From assembly GCA_964372875.1 (NCBI GenBank), contig CAYJTB010000002.1, forward strand, positions 21,576 to 85,575: a stretch of DNA of 64,000 bases, written 5' to 3'. Position 1 is the first letter of the stretch. Each line of letters starts with the position of its first letter. The position numbers were made by a program, and so were the translations under genes. A model generated the notes under the pieces. That model was not told the origin of the DNA and made no database searches. It was given only the letters and a program-made list of their open reading frames with translations. This document shows positions 60,228-64,000 of the stretch, in pieces. This DNA comes from an uncultured bacterium (GTDB lineage Bacteria > Omnitrophota > Omnitrophia > Omnitrophales > JACQLI01).

Positions 60228-63125
60228 GTGTCTTACCCCCGCTTAGGAAAATGGAAAAATGTTTTTTTCTGCCTTCTATTTGCCTTCGCGATTTCTAAAA
60301 CCTCTTCTGCTGAGACGTCGCCCTCAATCGAATTGGCAGTTCATTCCCCCGAAAATCTCGCGGTTCAGTCTTACAGTGTGGAAATAGGAAAGTCTCTTGC
60401 CCTTCCTGCCCGCAATCCATCGCGTTATTTAGTTTCTTCTCCCGAGGTGATTCGAATCACACAGGTGAGACCGGATGCCATTGATCTGGTCGGCCAGAAG
60501 TTGGGATCGACCCTCATCCTGGTGTGGGAAGAGACGGGGATCAGGAGTATTCAAATCACCGTAACGCGTGAGATGAAAGAAATAGAGAAAATACAGCAGA
60601 TCAAACAAGGGTCTTCCAAACTTTATCAGTCCCGGAAAAGCAGGTCCTTTAAGACAACCTACGAATCCGGCTATTCCATTCTCGAACAAGGCAAGATTTT
60701 AAACCGGGTCAGCGAGGTGCGTAAAATTTATAATCACGCCGTGAGCTTGAAGGGCAATACCCCCTTGGGTGATCTTGCGGGAAGCTTCTTCTATGAATAC
60801 CGCAAAGAACAAAGCATGAGAAAATCCGTGGCCCTTCCAAGAAACGCCTGGATAGGATTCTTTGATACGGATTTGCCCGGGAAAATTTTGGACCACTATG
60901 ACATGATCGGAGGAGAACAATATCTCAGTTTAAGTGAGTTTGGGTTTCCCGGCGCAAGATACTCGGGCTTTACCCTGTTACCTACAGAAAAAAGAGCAGA
61001 GAAGCCGGAAAAGGGACGTTTGGACTTGTCTTTTTTTGTCGGTCGCGAAGAGCGCGGCGCTTTTTTAGATAACCCCGCCAATACCAACCAGAGAGATATT
61101 AAACTCAATAACCGATTCACCGGTGAGAAGGTGGATTATCATCTATGGGAGCGCGGAAAAATTTCCCTGGGTACTTATCAAAAATGGGGCGGCCCCACCG
61201 CAGCCAATCAGGCGGAAAAAAATTACGACACAGGGTTTGATTTTGGCTTTCCTTATGTGCGTTTCAAAGGGCAAACGGGTTTGGACAACCGAAGACACAC
61301 GGCCATGCGGTACCACGCCCTATTTGAAAACAGCTGGACCCACACCGAGAATATTTTTCTGTACGTCGATCCAAATTACCGCACGATTACGGGAACCACA
61401 TTAGATCAGGGCCGCCGCGGCTGGCAGCTGCATTCAAGATTTCTCCCTTTGATGCCTTGGATAAAATCCGACGCCGTGGAATTAAAATTTGACGCCGACA
61501 TCACCCGGGATCTTTTGTCAGTCAATCCCAAACACCCGCACGATTACAACAAGTACTTTAAAGCGGGTGCGGGAACCCGCCTTCCTTTTAAATTAAAAAA
61601 TGAGGTGTCCTTTGAATATCGCAATCGTTTAGCGACTTCTTTCCCCTACACGCGCAAAAGAATCCACGAGCGGCTGAGTAGGGAAATCTCATTTAATTCG
61701 AGATGGATTAGACGCATGCGCCTTTACGGTCTTTCCACCCTTGAGCGTTATGGAGATGCGGAAAATACACCGGGTTTTAATGCCATCCGGTACGAAGTGG
61801 GCGGAGGAAATTACGTTTATTTGTTAGGAGGAATCTGGCTTTCCGGACAATATCTTTGGGACCGATTGGATGAGAAGGAAGCAAATCTGCATCCGGATAA
61901 AAGGACAAACCCCGGGCAGCTCACTTTAGCGGGAGGGGTCAATCATTCTTTCCGCAGGCTTCCTATCAGTGTGGGGACAAGCTTTCGCTACACCGATGAA
62001 AGGAAAACCATCCCCAAGCTTCACGACCCTTTCATTAATGAAGATCGATTTGAGGTGCGGGGTTCTGTCAATGTGAGGCTTCCTGATAACAGCACCTTTT
62101 ATGTCGAAACAAGGGCCACAAGAATAGAGTCTTTGGTGGGCAATCCCAAACGCATGGAGCTTACACTCGCCTTCGGGACACGTTTAAATTTTGATACCCA
62201 TTTTTATTTTCCCCAAAAGGCAACCATCGAAGGGTGCTTTTTTTTAGATAAGAATGCCAACGGACTCAAGGATGCCGAAGAAGAAGGCCTTCCGGGTATG
62301 GAAGTGGGAGTGGAAAGGGGGCCCAAAACCAAATCCGGCCACTTGGGTTTTTACCGGCTCAGACTTTGGGAAGGACTTGTTGTTTTTAAAGCTACTGACA
62401 AAATTCCCGAGGGATACTTCTTTACCACGCCTAGCGAACACGAACTTGAAATGTTGCCTAAAATGAAAACCCGCGTTGATTTCGGAATTGTTCCGCAAAC
62501 CCAAGTAAAAGGAAGGGCTTATGTGGATATCAATGAAAATTTTATTTTTGATAAAGACGATGTGCCAGTTCCAGCATTACAAGCGGTTCTTGATTCGGGG
62601 GAGTTTGCAGTGACTTCGTCGCAGGGACTTTATTCGATCCTTCAAATCAAACCGGGAGCTAACCGAATCCGTCTTTACATTCCTAGCATCCCCACAGGTT
62701 ACCGAACCATCACTCCGATTGAAGAGAAGTTTGAAGGCAAGCCCGGTGAACTTACGGTTTTTGATATCGTGATGACGATTGAGAGACACGTAGGCGGAAG
62801 CGTTTTTCTCGATACTAATAAAGATGGACGCCGGGCGCTGGATGAGCCGGGCATCGCTAATGTCTCGCTTTCTATCGACGCTCAAAAAGCAACAACGGAT
62901 AAGAGTGGAAAATACTCATTCAAAGACTTAAAGCCGGGGATAAAAAAGATAAGAATAGAAAAGTCGAGTTTAAGGTCGGATTACACCCCATCACTCGATA
63001 CGCTGGAGATTGAAATACCAGCAGGTTTCATAGCCCAAACCGACCTTAACTTTCCCGTCCAAGAAAAAGATGTACCCATGCCGGCATTGGAAGAGTCTCA
63101 AATTGACCCGCCAGGCACGAATTAA
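60228..63125 (+). CDS. Large secreted/outer-membrane protein, candidate usher-like, with three C-terminal SdrD-B/Cna-B-like repeats
   Basis: Signal peptide. C-terminal repeats FFLDKNANGLKDAEEEGLPGMEVGV, YVDINENFIFDKDDVPVPALQAV and VFLDTNKDGRRALDEPGIANVSL (DxNxDG-type). Confidence 0.35.
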   Translation: MSYPRLGKWKNVFFCLLFAFAISKTSSAETSPSIELAVHSPENLAVQSYSVEIGKSLALPARNPSRYLVSSPEVIRITQVRPDAIDLVGQKLGSTLILVWEETGIRSIQITVTREMKEIEKIQQIKQGSSKLYQSRKSRSFKTTYESGYSILEQGKILNRVSEVRKIYNHAVSLKGNTPLGDLAGSFFYEYRKEQSMRKSVALPRNAWIGFFDTDLPGKILDHYDMIGGEQYLSLSEFGFPGARYSGFTLLPTEKRAEKPEKGRLDLSFFVGREERGAFLDNPANTNQRDIKLNNRFTGEKVDYHLWERGKISLGTYQKWGGPTAANQAEKNYDTGFDFGFPYVRFKGQTGLDNRRHTAMRYHALFENSWTHTENIFLYVDPNYRTITGTTLDQGRRGWQLHSRFLPLMPWIKSDAVELKFDADITRDLLSVNPKHPHDYNKYFKAGAGTRLPFKLKNEVSFEYRNRLATSFPYTRKRIHERLSREISFNSRWIRRMRLYGLSTLERYGDAENTPGFNAIRYEVGGGNYVYLLGGIWLSGQYLWDRLDEKEANLHPDKRTNPGQLTLAGGVNHSFRRLPISVGTSFRYTDERKTIPKLHDPFINEDRFEVRGSVNVRLPDNSTFYVETRATRIESLVGNPKRMELTLAFGTRLNFDTHFYFPQKATIEGCFFLDKNANGLKDAEEEGLPGMEVGVERGPKTKSGHLGFYRLRLWEGLVVFKATDKIPEGYFFTTPSEHELEMLPKMKTRVDFGIVPQTQVKGRAYVDINENFIFDKDDVPVPALQAVLDSGEFAVTSSQGLYSILQIKPGANRIRLYIPSIPTGYRTITPIEEKFEGKPGELTVFDIVMTIERHVGGSVFLDTNKDGRRALDEPGIANVSLSIDAQKATTDKSGKYSFKDLKPGIKKIRIEKSSLRSDYTPSLDTLEIEIPAGFIAQTDLNFPVQEKDVPMPALEESQIDPPGTN

Positions 63126-63337
63126 GCTGTCCTTATTTCAAGACTAAAAAAAGTTTAATCCTTTACTCTTATTCTATAACCCAAAATGAAAACACAAGTT
63201 ACAGCATAGACGTTTTATTAAATACTATATAAATTTATTTACAAAGACTTGACAAAATGTTTTTTATTGGGTAAGGTTCTGACATTCATGGGAGCTAAGC
63301 CACATTCCCAGAAGAATCTAAAAAGGAGACAACTCAG

Positions 63338-63886
63338 ATGAAAACAACGTTGAAAAAAGTAAATGTAGTTGTACTAACCGTATTGTTAGGTTTAGGCACA
63401 GCTACTATGGGTTTTGCAGCTGATTGGGTAACCACCAACCACGCTGTGACAGTTCAAATTCCGGAAGTATTGTCGATTTCCGCCGATGCCTCAAGCTTTA
63501 CCCTCGCGTTTCAGGATTTTATAACCACAGGGGAAGAGTCTTGGGCGCAGACTGTGACGTATACAATGCAAAGCAACAACATGCGTCAAGCGGATGGATC
63601 ACCGGCAATCAATGCGAATCTGGATTTTGCGTATGATCGTTTGGATCTGAAGGCTCAAGTAGGAAACTATACGAAGACCTCAGGCAATACGGAACTCGCA
63701 GCCCAGCAAGCCGGATATGTGACCATCGGTACCGAAAACGTCACTTTGGCTAAAAAGACAAATTCGTTAGGAGATGGAAAATTGTTGAATGGTTCCATTC
63801 CCATTACGTATAAAGCCGTTGCCACAAGCGATGTCCCGTCGGGTGACCAGACTCACATCTTGAACATTACGTTAACTACGATCTAA
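63338..63886 (+). CDS. Secreted pilin-like subunit, paralog of 57826
   Basis: SD aaaggag. Signal peptide. TTGACA-N17 promoter-like motif at 63250. Confidence 0.45.
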   Translation: MKTTLKKVNVVVLTVLLGLGTATMGFAADWVTTNHAVTVQIPEVLSISADASSFTLAFQDFITTGEESWAQTVTYTMQSNNMRQADGSPAINANLDFAYDRLDLKAQVGNYTKTSGNTELAAQQAGYVTIGTENVTLAKKTNSLGDGKLLNGSIPITYKAVATSDVPSGDQTHILNITLTTI

Positions 63887-63913
63887 GCCAAGAATCAAAC
63901 TGGCTACAAATAA

Positions 63914-63952
63914 ACAGCCATCTCGCAGAGATAACGCGAGATGGCTGTTTTT
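63914..63952 (+). terminator. Rho-independent terminator
   Basis: acagccatctcgc-agagataac-gcgagatggctgt followed by ttttt. Confidence 0.6.
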
Positions 63953-64000
63953 ATACATAAAACCTCTCTTCTTAAGCCTCAAAAGCATCTTACTTACTAA

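Overview
This 64-kb window looks like a Gram-negative bacterial chromosome of moderate GC, with lipoproteins, outer-membrane barrels, PilT and Tat. I cannot assign phylum from sequence alone.

Gene content on the + strand:
- 1-4.6 kb: a beta-glucan-type carbohydrate locus (GH94 phosphorylase C-terminus, an (alpha/alpha)6 hydrolase-like lipoprotein, a secreted CBM-like protein, a ROK regulator).
- 4.6-6.1 kb: tatC and a GATase1-like gene.
- 18.6-23 kb: a sulfate-assimilation operon, cysC, a PHP phosphatase, cysH, sat, cysK.
- 23-24.9 kb: a ThrC-like / ThiS-like / NIL-like sulfur-carrier module.
- 24.9-31.6 kb: a biotin operon, bioB, an SDR, a KAS, bioF, bioA, bioD.
- 31.7-37.1 kb: mnmA, a LarE-like PP-loop ATPase, and a partial Rnf-like cluster (rnfC, rnfD and two A/E-family subunits).
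- 37.1-48.9 kb: housekeeping genes pilT, polA, coaE, rho, rpmE, prfA, prmC, murA, rpsP, trmD, rplS, rnhB, yraN.
- 48.9-51.2 kb: an NTT/Tlc-family nucleotide transporter fused to a HEAT-like tail.
- 51.2-57.8 kb: envelope proteins, a second cysteine synthase (cysM) with a JAMM protease, and a tandem-DsbA protein.
- 57.8-63.9 kb: a putative archaic chaperone-usher / SCPU-like pilus locus.

The standout is 6.1-18.4 kb. A single 12.3-kb minus-strand ORF (4108 aa) encodes a secreted protein with a TraB/GumN-like N-terminal domain and a C-terminal calcineurin-like phosphatase. It is interrupted at seven places by a near-identical 80-180 bp hairpin-rich DNA repeat that stays in-frame, each copy encoding ...SEVHPNRLDSGTPPSSPERARAEVR... 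. On the opposite strand, nested inside its inter-domain linkers, are four paralogous two-gene cassettes. Each has a sigma70-like promoter and a Shine-Dalgarno site, then a ~70-aa two-helix membrane protein translationally coupled to a 30-41-aa single-helix peptide. Three of the four cassettes carry the peptide form with a conserved W-x-G-I-E-x-Y + basic tail, and cassette 3 carries two such peptides in tandem. Both strands therefore appear to be under coding constraint. I flag this as the candidate undescribed system.
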